From the NCBI GenBank assembly GCA_051546255.1, contig CP128819.1, positions 682,001 through 746,000 on the forward strand: 64,000 nucleotides of DNA. The letters are read 5' to 3'. Positions 43,547 through 52,884 of this stretch are shown here, one piece after another (position 1 is the first letter of the stretch; each line of letters begins with the position of its first letter). The notes under the pieces are model-generated. The model was given only the letters and a program-made list of their open reading frames with translations, did not search any database and was not told the DNA's origin. Made by a program: the position numbers and the translations under genes. The DNA is from Meyerozyma guilliermondii (Eukaryota).

Positions 43547-44182
43547 AAGTATAATGTTCAGCGAGTTGTGGAAAATGTTAGTCAGAGGAATCGGACAGAC
43601 GGCTCCGGTACCGGCGCGCGGGTGCAATGGTGTGGAGAAACAAGAAGGACAAGAAGGTTATGAAGTTAGGAGTAGAGGTTATGAAAAGGTGAGGAAATAG
43701 GTCGGGTTTATGAAATCGAAGGTCAATCCTTAATCTCTTTATTTCATTAAAAATACCTATTCTCTTGTATTATTCTGACTTTTTCATTCATTATCTTCCG
43801 CTGAAAAATTCTGGTTTTCTTTAATTTTTGGCTTCGATTTCTCTTCTTTGTCCTTTTGATTCTCAACAGTACTCCCTCCTCTTCTTTAGCTCTGTTCAAC
43901 CTTTTGCAAAATATTTACAATTGTTTTATCGTGTTCCTGCAGAATGCCTTTTCTTATTCTAGGCACTCAAATGAACTCAAATTTTCCGTCTCAAAAACAT
44001 ACCAGATTTTCTCGGTACTCCACACACTAAGAAGCGAATATCTTCAACATAAGTCGTAAACCTAATTCAAACAGATTAGAATGCCTATACTTGGGGCTTA
44101 CTAGTATACCGGCATATAGCAATGGTTTCTCCTGCACATTCCACCAACTTCCGCATCTCAACCCAAAATTAGTTGCATCTTC

Positions 44183-45466
44183 ATGTTTAATGCCGACCAG
44201 TTTCAGGACCATCTCTCGGCCCTAACCATCAATTCTCGGGTGATTATCGAAGAGCTCACCATAGCCGCCGAGAAGAACCCAGACAATGCCGACGAAATTG
44301 CTAAACTTGTGATGGAAAGGGTTCGTCGATGTCTTCCTAAACACAAGATATTTGCATTCTACCTACTAGATTCCATTTGCAAAAATGTTGGAAACCCGTA
44401 TAACGTCATCTTCAGCTCTCATCTCTACTCCCTATTCACAGATACGTATCTTGTAGTCACAGACACCCCTACTCGTCAGGATCTTATCAATCTATTCAAG
44501 ACATGGCCGCGAGCGAAAACGTCTGCGGGAATCGAATTATTTCCTGCCACCGTGTTGAAGAAAATCGAGCTGTTTATCATCAATGCCACCTCCATTGGCA
44601 ACAACCAAAGTGCCACCAAGATATCTCCCGATATGCTTCTTCGTGAAGCAAACTACTTGCTACAGTACGTCATCACCATGGACAGAGACCTTGAATTGTT
44701 AAGCAAAAGATCACGCCAGGATGCTGATTTTGTTGCGGAGTGCCATAGGATACGACACAAACTCATTGCTGAAATTAATGTTATTTCGGAGTCGATAATG
44801 GCTTCTTCAAAACCGCAGTTTGACGCTCATCTGACCAAGTACCATGAAAGTCTCCAACTGGTCAGAAAACAACTTGACGACCAGTCGTTCCGCCAGCAGC
44901 AGCGAATCAAGCAGACTCCGCCGGAGGAAGCGGGTCCGAGGGAACTAAAGCCTCCGGACTTTTCTATGTTCATCTCGATGACTGCCGGACCTGAAGCTGA
45001 CTCACAGTTCAAGGGTATGCTTGAGGGCTGGGGAAAGGTGATAGTTCGAAACAGAGACGCAGTACAGATGAGAGGAAATGGAGAAAAAGACAGTGGAATT
45101 GACAAGTTTGTTGCCAATCAACCGGAGCCCTTTTCGCAGCCACAGAATATACCCGCTGAAAAGTCTTCAAGCCAAACAGAACCAACTTCAGACGAACCAA
45201 ACTCAGAAGATACCCTCAGCTCGAGTCTCGGACTTACCTTCAGTTCGGCCAGTTTCATGAACTCGTTACTTCCTGAGACTACTTATAAGCTGGTGGAAAA
45301 CGAAAAAGAAAATGAAAACGAAAATGAGCAAAATAACAGAGCAGACCCGGTAGAGCCTACACTCAAGAGTGGTTTGAAAAGAAAAACGATAGGAGAAGTT
45401 TCGGAGCCGAAAAGAGTACGGTTTTCTGACGACGTTGAGAGCATTGAGGCAGAGGAAGTGGAGTAA
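44183..45466 (+). CDS. Pcf11-type CTD-interacting domain (CID) protein lacking the Pcf11 zinc-finger C terminus
   Basis: LTINSRVIIEELT...KIFAFYLLDSICKNVGNPYN.IF is a Pcf11-like CID, followed by a helical region and an acidic tail ending in KRVRF. Confidence 0.78.
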   Translation: MFNADQFQDHLSALTINSRVIIEELTIAAEKNPDNADEIAKLVMERVRRCLPKHKIFAFYLLDSICKNVGNPYNVIFSSHLYSLFTDTYLVVTDTPTRQDLINLFKTWPRAKTSAGIELFPATVLKKIELFIINATSIGNNQSATKISPDMLLREANYLLQYVITMDRDLELLSKRSRQDADFVAECHRIRHKLIAEINVISESIMASSKPQFDAHLTKYHESLQLVRKQLDDQSFRQQQRIKQTPPEEAGPRELKPPDFSMFISMTAGPEADSQFKGMLEGWGKVIVRNRDAVQMRGNGEKDSGIDKFVANQPEPFSQPQNIPAEKSSSQTEPTSDEPNSEDTLSSSLGLTFSSASFMNSLLPETTYKLVENEKENENENEQNNRADPVEPTLKSGLKRKTIGEVSEPKRVRFSDDVESIEAEEVE

Positions 45467-45800
45467 ATGACAAGATGACAATAAGACAACACGAAAAGGA
45501 TGGTACGAAAAAAACAATCAGGCAGCATTAAGGTATATAGGAACACTAATAACACGACGGACCATCTGTTAGATCAATTCGAAGTAACCAAGGAAGAGCT
45601 CCATATTGATTGAAATACTAATCTGTCTTTTTCTCGTTCTTTTTTCTTTCTTTCTTTCTTCTTTGTCTTTACTCGTGTCATACTCCTATTCCTCCATTCA
45701 ATCTATAATCTTCATTCCTTCTTCTCTTCACTTTCTCTTCATCATTTTAATTCCTTGTTTTTCCCCGTTTTCTACACCCTGCATTCTGTCATTTATTGAT

Positions 45801-46043
45801 CTACATATCAAACGATCCCGCCTTCTTCAACGAACGGTAAGTGCTGAGAAAGGGAAATGCAAAAAAGAATCCAAAAACTCCCCACCACATAAAAGCAAAT
45901 GGAATTTTTCTGTTCTTCACCTTGAATGGAAGATTCGAGTAAACACCTTCTTGAGGAGCACCAAAGATCTTGTTGAAGGATCTGGCAGAAGTTTGGAAGT
46001 TTCTTTGGAATGCACGTTGACGAGCAAGTCTAAGTCCAATCAT
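45801..46043 (-). CDS. COX8: Cytochrome c oxidase subunit VIII (VIIc)
   Basis: Presequence MIGLRLARQRAFQRNFQTSAR, then EGVYSNLPFKVKNRK, one TM helix and LKKAG. Confidence 0.9.
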   Translation of the reverse strand: MIGLRLARQRAFQRNFQTSARSFNKIFGAPQEGVYSNLPFKVKNRKIPFAFMWWGVFGFFFAFPFLSTYRSLKKAGSFDM

Positions 46044-46062
46044 AGTTAACGGGAAGTCTCGA

Positions 46063-46140
46063 ATTGGGTGATGAATTATGGTGCGATTGTCAAATTGAAA
46101 GTTACACAAAAGTGCAGCGGTTCTCACCAATTTTCATTGG
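46063..46140. promoter_or_regulatory. CCAAT boxes in the COX8/COX9 bidirectional promoter
   Basis: ATTGG at 46063-46067, CCAAT at 46127-46131 and ATTGG at 46136-46140. Confidence 0.6.
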
Positions 46141-46168
46141 TTGGTGCGAAGTTTGTTTGAACATCATC

Positions 46169-46354
46169 ATGGCCATTGCACCTATTACCGGAGCTTTACG
46201 TAGAAAAATCATCACCGACATAACCATTGGCTTTGGCTGTGGCTTTGTGTTAGCAGAGTTATACTGGTACTTTGAGCACAAGCCTATTGTGGCCAAGAGA
46301 GAAGCTTTCTATGCCCAATTGAAGGCCCAGAAGGAGGCTGAAGATGCCGCATAA
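46169..46354 (+). CDS. COX9: Cytochrome c oxidase subunit VIIa
   Basis: MAIAPITGALRRKIITDITIGFGCG...YWY..H....KREAFYAQL, 61 aa. Confidence 0.92.
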   Translation: MAIAPITGALRRKIITDITIGFGCGFVLAELYWYFEHKPIVAKREAFYAQLKAQKEAEDAA

Positions 46355-46518
46355 TTGAGGTTATATACGGTAGCTACTAATGTATGTTGCCTATGATAAG
46401 TGTAGAGGATCAGCAAACTTGAAATTCGGAATTCATCGGACCAGTGAACAACCACATCAAACCATCAAACCATCAAACCATTAACATTCAGAATCAGTTC
46501 AGTTCAATTTCTTCTTCC

Positions 46519-48567
46519 CTAGTCCAAACTCTTGATTGCTTCGATCATTTTCCGCTGGTTGACTGTTCCACTTGTAACTATAATAAACTCTTTTTCTTGT
46601 CCCTGCGACCGTAGCTGCTGCTCCAAGTACTTGAGACAGCTTAATTCTCCTCTAGTAATACCTCCAATGACAATGATAACCACATATCCCTTGGTACTGG
46701 GTTCACTTCTTTTACTATCCAGTGAATCGCATACATTGATATCCACCGTTTTACCTTCAAACATGGTATCCATCTGTAATCCGTCCCAATTGCATCTCCG
46801 ACTCACATTGTTAACGGGTTTATATTTGAGGAACTTCCGAGAGTATAGCGCTTCCACTAGTCGAACGAGAATGGGTACTGTGTTTCCTGGTAAGGCGAAC
46901 GAAGGATGTGGGTATTCGTCTACCAAATCTCCGGTTCTCTTGGTACTTTCTTCTTCCTCTAAGAGTGGATGGAGGTTCCAAAACTTGTTTATGAGTGAGT
47001 AGTTGCTGCGCTGAGTCCATTGACCTCCAGAAATGCCCAAAGTTCGAGAATATTTGTCCTCATCGATTGGCTCTGGTGACTTGGGTTGACTCGAGCTAAT
47101 CCCAAATCCTGAAAATGCCCCAAAGAAATCGCTCGGTCCACTTTTGGAGACTTTGAATATTCCTCTGGAAGCCATGGACTCCCACAATAAGGACACTTCT
47201 ATGCCAAAGTTTTCAAAAGCCTTGCTGTGGATCTGATCGTAGTCCTTCTCCTTGATGCCATCGTTCACAATCGATACGAGAATCACCAGCGATGTCACTA
47301 AATACATGTCAAAAGCCTCGGTGATGAACTGCTTGATCTTGGAAACCAGAGCTTTATATTCCATGTCGAAAACCTCATTTTCAAACTCGATATACTGCTC
47401 GTACTGGTTGTACTTTTGACCAGTTTCAGTGGTGGGTGTTTCGTCCACAGTGCCGTATTTGATGTAGCTGAGTATCGCTTCCGATATAGTGGTGTGTTTC
47501 TTGATAAGATCCTGCTTCGACGTCAAACTTCCCAAATTATTGACCAATTTTCGGATCTCCGAGATGTCTGAAAGGTTGTCTTTTTGTTTGTACTGCTCTT
47601 GCACCAACCGTGCCAATTGATTGAGTTTGGGTCCAATCGAGGCAAAGTTAAGGTGCTTGATGTCTCGATACAAGTCGTCTTTCATGAGGTATTTGGTGCC
47701 CAGCACCGTCACTTCGTTCAATCTTAATGTGAAAAGATCATCTATGAGGCCCTGGTAGTTCAATTGGTTCAATGCGACCGAGGTCAAGTCGAGATTACGT
47801 TCCAAAACCACCACATCGGTATTTCCTGGGTACTTATTCAAGTAGAATTCTTGCTGTAGTGGGTTCATGGTGGTGGCCAAGTACTGGCGTATTTTTTCCT
47901 CTTTAATCATGGATATCAAGAGAGCAGCATGGTCTCCTTTACCGAAATAGTTTTTGACTTTTAGCATATTTTTCCCTGAAAATTCGTTCAAAAGTGCCAA
48001 AAACGAGTCGGAAAGCCGAGATATCTGCTCAATTGGCTCAAACATATAGCTCTGAAACCCACCATAACGCATTTCAAGCGATAACACTTTATCATCCACA
48101 ACCAAAGGTGACACCGACCAGCGACATACCCTTATATTCGAATTTATTCTGAACGGTTTATCGATATTAGGATTCAACGCAAGCGACTCGAAAGTCACGG
48201 ATCCTTTCAACAAGTTACTGATGTTATACACAAACAGTCGTGTCATATCCTTGACAATGACATGGATCTTTTTCGTTGGAAATTTCTTCAGAAGCTCAAA
48301 AACTTCATTTGCGGCCTTGTTCGAACTCTCGAGGATCAATATGAGGCCCTTGTACTGGTTCAAGGTGTCTTTATCGAGCGGACTATCCAAGTAAACAAGA
48401 TTATCGAATTTGGCCAGCGATCGTAATTTCAGAATTGTCGTCAAAAAATCAACAATTGGAGCCACAAGGCGGTCTATTATGAGAAGGTTGGGCGATGTGT
48501 ACACTGTGGAAAGATTGTGGATGAGTCTGTCTAGCACATTTGAGTTGAGGTTCTCTAGTGGACTCAT
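46519..48567 (-). CDS. VPS33: Sec1/Munc18-family HOPS/CORVET subunit
   Basis: VVLERNLDL...LNQLNYQGLIDDLF, HLNFASIGPKLN, VPILVRLVE and IGGITRGELSCLKYL. Confidence 0.85.
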   Translation of the reverse strand: MSPLENLNSNVLDRLIHNLSTVYTSPNLLIIDRLVAPIVDFLTTILKLRSLAKFDNLVYLDSPLDKDTLNQYKGLILILESSNKAANEVFELLKKFPTKKIHVIVKDMTRLFVYNISNLLKGSVTFESLALNPNIDKPFRINSNIRVCRWSVSPLVVDDKVLSLEMRYGGFQSYMFEPIEQISRLSDSFLALLNEFSGKNMLKVKNYFGKGDHAALLISMIKEEKIRQYLATTMNPLQQEFYLNKYPGNTDVVVLERNLDLTSVALNQLNYQGLIDDLFTLRLNEVTVLGTKYLMKDDLYRDIKHLNFASIGPKLNQLARLVQEQYKQKDNLSDISEIRKLVNNLGSLTSKQDLIKKHTTISEAILSYIKYGTVDETPTTETGQKYNQYEQYIEFENEVFDMEYKALVSKIKQFITEAFDMYLVTSLVILVSIVNDGIKEKDYDQIHSKAFENFGIEVSLLWESMASRGIFKVSKSGPSDFFGAFSGFGISSSQPKSPEPIDEDKYSRTLGISGGQWTQRSNYSLINKFWNLHPLLEEEESTKRTGDLVDEYPHPSFALPGNTVPILVRLVEALYSRKFLKYKPVNNVSRRCNWDGLQMDTMFEGKTVDINVCDSLDSKRSEPSTKGYVVIIVIGGITRGELSCLKYLEQQLRSQGQEKEFIIVTSGTVNQRKMIEAIKSLD

Positions 48568-48726
48568 GGTGAAGATGCGAAAGATTTGAGAAAGTGAAAT
48601 AAAATGAGGAACAAGTAAGATAAAAAAACCAGACAAAATTTGGGAAAAGAACTATTAGCAATCAATGACCTGTAATATGTCTTCTCTATTCATCTCTACA
48701 TCTCTCTCTACATCTCTTCTCTACTA

Positions 48727-49695
48727 TCACAACTTGGCACCTTCTTCAAATCCATTGAAGTACACCAAGCCCTCTTGGAAGACCGTAGCCACTTGTCTTC
48801 CATCCAGGTTATACAATTCTCCCTCGAGCAACACCCTGCCGTTGGCAATCCGAGTGGCTTTGAACGCGAATCCCATCCATTTTGTGGAGTCAAAGTCTGC
48901 ATCGTGGAAATATATGACATGGTCAAGAGAGAGAGAAACATACTGGAGTCTTTGGGAATGATCCAAGTGAGGAATCCGTAGAACCCGTGCAATTCTGGTG
49001 AGGAAGATCGAGTCCAGTAAAATGCCCAATCCGACAAATTGGAACGCTGGATCGGTAAATTTCACCTCTCCATCGTTACCCCATTGCAAGTAACATGCCT
49101 GTCTTCTGTCGCTGGAACGGGCCTGATCCTCGTCTTTGGTCAAATCTAAGCTGACGAATTCCGGAGAAATCTTGCACACGGCATTATTGCAGCCAAAATC
49201 CAGCACTTCTAACAGTTCCGGTGAGTGATTCTTGAGCCATTCCGGATAGGGTACAAAAAACCGAAACGGTTTCAGAGAAGGTGGATCGTCGTCTTCGTCT
49301 CCTTCTTTATGGTTGCGGGCCCACTCGTCATACAAATTCTTGGCTTCGTTAAACGAATTGCGTTTGGTCAACAGCACATTGGCAAGGTACTTGATGGTAC
49401 CATCTTGCAATGCCTTGACAGTTCTACTGCAAAAACTTTTGCCATTGTGGATCTCATCGGTTTCCCACACCACCGGTGTCGTGTCATCGACTGCTTTCGT
49501 GAATAATGAGTGTAAAGAGTGAGGAGTAAAGCCCTCGGGAGCCAGTTTTATTGCAACCAAAAGTGCCTGGCCGGCTATATTTCCACCATAGGCACCTCTA
49601 GATAATGGATTCGGCTTCTCCAAGGGTTTGTTACCTACCCACTTGTTGTCTCCAATCTTTTTGATCCCTAGATCGAATTCGACGTCGAGTGTCAT
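48727..49695 (-). CDS. Peroxisomal acyl-CoA thioesterase II (Tes1/TesB family)
   Basis: RGAYGGNIAGQAL, PHSLHS.F, SLSLDHVIYFH and QEGLV, with a C-terminal AKL (PTS1). ATG at 49695. Confidence 0.9.
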   Translation of the reverse strand: MTLDVEFDLGIKKIGDNKWVGNKPLEKPNPLSRGAYGGNIAGQALLVAIKLAPEGFTPHSLHSLFTKAVDDTTPVVWETDEIHNGKSFCSRTVKALQDGTIKYLANVLLTKRNSFNEAKNLYDEWARNHKEGDEDDDPPSLKPFRFFVPYPEWLKNHSPELLEVLDFGCNNAVCKISPEFVSLDLTKDEDQARSSDRRQACYLQWGNDGEVKFTDPAFQFVGLGILLDSIFLTRIARVLRIPHLDHSQRLQYVSLSLDHVIYFHDADFDSTKWMGFAFKATRIANGRVLLEGELYNLDGRQVATVFQEGLVYFNGFEEGAKL

Positions 49696-49845
49696 GATGA
49701 GGAAACAAAGTTGGCAGCTGAAGATGTACCCCACAGTGTAGCGGGTGTCTGGGTGTGAATGCATATGAATATATGTAAGTTCGCGAAATTGCAACTACTC
49801 AGTGGTTTCCTTTATTATCTATCAATTCATATCTCAGTTGCATGC

Positions 49846-50862
49846 TCACAACTTGAAGCCTCCATTGGCCCCGTTGCCTCCGTTTGCTCCGTTGGCCCTC
49901 TCCAACATTTGTCGAGGCAAATACACAAGTCCTTCCTGGACCAAACTGGCCACCAACAGGCCCTTTCTATTGTAGACTCTGCCGTGGCACAACACCCGGT
50001 TGTTGCTGAGTCTGGAAAAGTTGTAGTCCAAGAATAGCCATTCTGTAGGATCGTAGTCGTCGTCGTGGAACCACACAGCATGGTCCAAACTGACTCTGAA
50101 GAAGGATGTGTTTTCTCTGCTGAGAGGAAGCCCGAGAGCCACACAAAGTGTAGCCAAGTAGAACGAATCTGAAGCAAAAGTCAAGTTCAACAGAGCTGCC
50201 TTCGTCTTGTTCTGAACGTTTTTCAAATCGTCGGCTGTCCGGAAAAAGAATCCAAACAGTTTTTCACCAATGATCTTTTGTTCAGCTTGCCAACCAGTAG
50301 ACATATATTCCTCAGGAATGGCGTGGTGCAACAAGTCGTGGGTATGGGAAACATAGGGCAAGTCGTCGAGTGAATCGTAGTACTTGTCGAAGAAATATTG
50401 GGGTTTTGACAGAAAATCAATTGGCACTGCTGTCTTGGGATCTGGGTTTGAAAGTTGTGAATATTCAAGTTTGCGTTGCTTGATGCTGTTTTTACGGGCA
50501 AACGAAACCACGAATTCAAAACATAACACATTGGTTTCCGATTGGTATGCTTGAAGCAGCCGGTTACAAAAATTGCGTCCATCACTAGTACGTTTAACCA
50601 CCCATCTCATCACCAGTTTGTTACTTCCCGCCTTCAAAAAGTACAGGTGGAAGGAGTGTGGGCTAAATTCAGGATCCTCCACCGTTTCATAAGCAACTAA
50701 CAAAGCCTGGGTGACAAATTCACCTCCATAAGTTCCTCGGGTTCCCTCCTGAAATGGCTCAAGAGGATGTACTCCTTCGAAAACGTCATTGCCTTTGCTA
50801 ACGACGGCAAATCTTTTTTCCATGAGTGACATGCCTTCAAAATTTGTGATTTCCAAGCTCAT
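49846..50862 (-). CDS. Acyl-CoA thioesterase II (Tes1/TesB family), tandem paralog
   Basis: RGTYGGEFVTQAL, DGRNFCNR, VSLDHAVWFH and QEGLV. Ends in a GANG repeat plus FKL. ATG at 50862. Confidence 0.9.
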   Translation of the reverse strand: MSLEITNFEGMSLMEKRFAVVSKGNDVFEGVHPLEPFQEGTRGTYGGEFVTQALLVAYETVEDPEFSPHSFHLYFLKAGSNKLVMRWVVKRTSDGRNFCNRLLQAYQSETNVLCFEFVVSFARKNSIKQRKLEYSQLSNPDPKTAVPIDFLSKPQYFFDKYYDSLDDLPYVSHTHDLLHHAIPEEYMSTGWQAEQKIIGEKLFGFFFRTADDLKNVQNKTKAALLNLTFASDSFYLATLCVALGLPLSRENTSFFRVSLDHAVWFHDDDYDPTEWLFLDYNFSRLSNNRVLCHGRVYNRKGLLVASLVQEGLVYLPRQMLERANGANGGNGANGGFKL

Positions 50863-50922
50863 CGGCACGGTAAATAAACTGTGGAATCTGCTGCAACGGC
50901 CGATACTTATACAAATTAGCAT

Positions 50923-50988
50923 CCGAGGACCAGCAGCCGCGTCACATGCGGTTACGTAACGGTTTCGTCAGCGGCATCTGAGCCGAGG
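50923..50988. promoter_or_regulatory. Two CCTCGG (FarA/Ctf1-type fatty-acid response) sites
   Basis: CCGAGG at 50923-50928 and 50983-50988, upstream of the thioesterase pair. The palindrome GTTACGTAAC at 50951-50960 lies between them. Confidence 0.55.
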
Positions 50989-51414
50989 GCCGGCGACAAG
51001 ACAAATACAACCGAGCAAATACGAGAAAAAACGAGCAACAAACAACGAGAAGAAGAGAGAAAACAAGAGAGAGGCTATAGTCAGCGGCTGATGCGGCTAG
51101 ACTTGATGGAATGAACTGCAGCGATAACTACTCATGAAAGTTAAAATTGACCATTATGACGGGATAGCCCTGAGTGAATTAAAGCTTTATATATAATGTT
51201 CTCTTATTTCCCTCTTTTCCTTTCCTTTTCTTTTCTTTCCCTTTTTTTCTCTTCCTTTTTCATCTTTTATCGCACCGTAATTGGTTGCAGGAGTCGCGAC
51301 TGCCCTCTGACTCAGATGACTCCGAGTCATCGCGACTCAACGAATTTTATCTCATCGATCCAACATTTTCTTCTGCCCTATATAAGAACGCCAACTCCCA
51401 GTGACTTTCCATCA

Positions 51415-52884
51415 ATGTCCGAAGACAAATCAAACCTGGAAATTCAAGATTTAGAAGATCACTCGTTGGAATCTTCCTCCGCTGGTTCAAAAAACTTGGA
51501 TCGTATCTACCGCAAGCTAGACTACAGAATCATTCCAGCTTTATGGTGCTTATATTTTCTTACTTCTTTCGGGTCCAATTGTTATGGGTTGACCCTTACG
51601 ATGAATGCTGAATCTGGTCACTCGTTATCGCAACACTTGAACCTTTCTTCCAAGGATGTTTCTACAGCATCAGCCCTTTATTATGTGGGGTACATTATTT
51701 TCGATGTGCCCATGAATTTGGTGATGACTAAAGTTAGTCCTCAAACTTGGCTTGCTCGTATTGTCATCACTGTTGGTGTGGTGTACGCTTGCTACCATGT
51801 CCTCGTCAATAGCCAAGGTCTTATTGCTGTGAGGTTCATTTCAGGTATGGTTGGTGCCGGTACATGGCCAGGTATGAGTTACTATGTTTCCTTGTGGTAC
51901 CCCAATGAACGCCTGACTCGCAGAATCGGCTACTACTTCACCGCAGCTCAGATATCGGCAGCGGTTGCTGGACTTGTTAGTGCTGGATTCCAGAAAATGG
52001 ATGGAGTTAGAGGCTATACTGGCTGGCAATGGATGTACCTTGTATATGGAGTTATCACCATTGCCGTGGGTATTTCGTTGTTGTGGTGGCTCCCAGATAG
52101 ACCAGAAGCTGCCAATGTGCCCCAAACCACCAACAAGTGGCTCAAATATATCACACCAACCTACCCATTGAAAGGATATGAGAAAGACCTTCATCGCCAA
52201 GATATTGAAGAACGGTATGTCATGGTACGGTGGACCTGGAAAAGCGTGGTGGAAATCATCACCGACTTGAGAATTTGGCCGTTGATCATCATGTACTTTG
52301 GAGTGGTTGGAACTGGGTTCGGTTTGGCAGTTTTCGGTTCTACCATCATAGCCACCAACAACCCTAGTCTTACCTCGATTCAAGTCTCGTTGCTTTACGC
52401 TCCAATCTGGCTCTTTGACCTCGGCGGAATCTTGATCATGACTCCTTTTGCTGACCGTTACAAACATTTGAGAGCGGCTATCTTTTCGTTCGCATGTGTC
52501 ATCATCATGACTGGACTTTTTGTAACGACTTTTGCTCATGGTTCCTGGAACAAATATGGTGGTTTGCTCATTGCTGGGTTTGGTCTTGGTCCTACCGTTC
52601 CCATCTGTATGTCGTGGCTGGCGGAAATCTTCCAACCTCGTTACGGTGACGTTGGAACTGCTGTTAGTGCAGCTCTTGTCAGTGGACTTGGAAACTTGGG
52701 TTCCGTCACTGCTACTTATGCTTTGTACCGAGGATGGCCCGAGGACCAAAAGAGACTCTACAGAGACTCCAATATGATGTTGGTGTTAATGCTTGGTGTT
52801 AGTATCATTGCGTCTGGAGTTTGTCACTTGATTCGTAACCGGGTGAGACAGCCCAAAGTTGGTGCCGGCGAACCTGCTAACTAA
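51415..52884 (+). CDS. MFS anion:cation symporter (Dal5/Tna1/Vht1 family), probable biotin (vitamin H) transporter
   Basis: 12-TM MFS with KLDYRIIPALW, TMNAESGHSL, YVGYIIFDVP.NL and RIGYYFTAAQI.AA...LVSAGFQKMDG.RG..G.QWM, resembling recalled S. pombe Vht1. TATATAAG at 51379, ATG at 51415. Confidence 0.8.
   Translation: MSEDKSNLEIQDLEDHSLESSSAGSKNLDRIYRKLDYRIIPALWCLYFLTSFGSNCYGLTLTMNAESGHSLSQHLNLSSKDVSTASALYYVGYIIFDVPMNLVMTKVSPQTWLARIVITVGVVYACYHVLVNSQGLIAVRFISGMVGAGTWPGMSYYVSLWYPNERLTRRIGYYFTAAQISAAVAGLVSAGFQKMDGVRGYTGWQWMYLVYGVITIAVGISLLWWLPDRPEAANVPQTTNKWLKYITPTYPLKGYEKDLHRQDIEERYVMVRWTWKSVVEIITDLRIWPLIIMYFGVVGTGFGLAVFGSTIIATNNPSLTSIQVSLLYAPIWLFDLGGILIMTPFADRYKHLRAAIFSFACVIIMTGLFVTTFAHGSWNKYGGLLIAGFGLGPTVPICMSWLAEIFQPRYGDVGTAVSAALVSGLGNLGSVTATYALYRGWPEDQKRLYRDSNMMLVLMLGVSIIASGVCHLIRNRVRQPKVGAGEPAN

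Noticed and set aside
43700..44280. Possible spliced or relic gene between IDP1 and the CID gene (GTATGT donor-like word on the minus strand at ~44000; URS1-like TAGCCGCCGA at ~44262)
   Set aside because: I found no TACTAAC branch point and all frames are interrupted. The URS1 word lies inside a CDS. A tblastn search with syntenic genes would be needed.
46456..46484. (ACCATCAA)3 short repeat
   Set aside because: It is an ordinary microsatellite in a convergent terminator region, not telomeric or CRISPR-like.
51841..52749. 302-aa minus-strand ORF
   Set aside because: It is an antisense shadow of the MFS permease.
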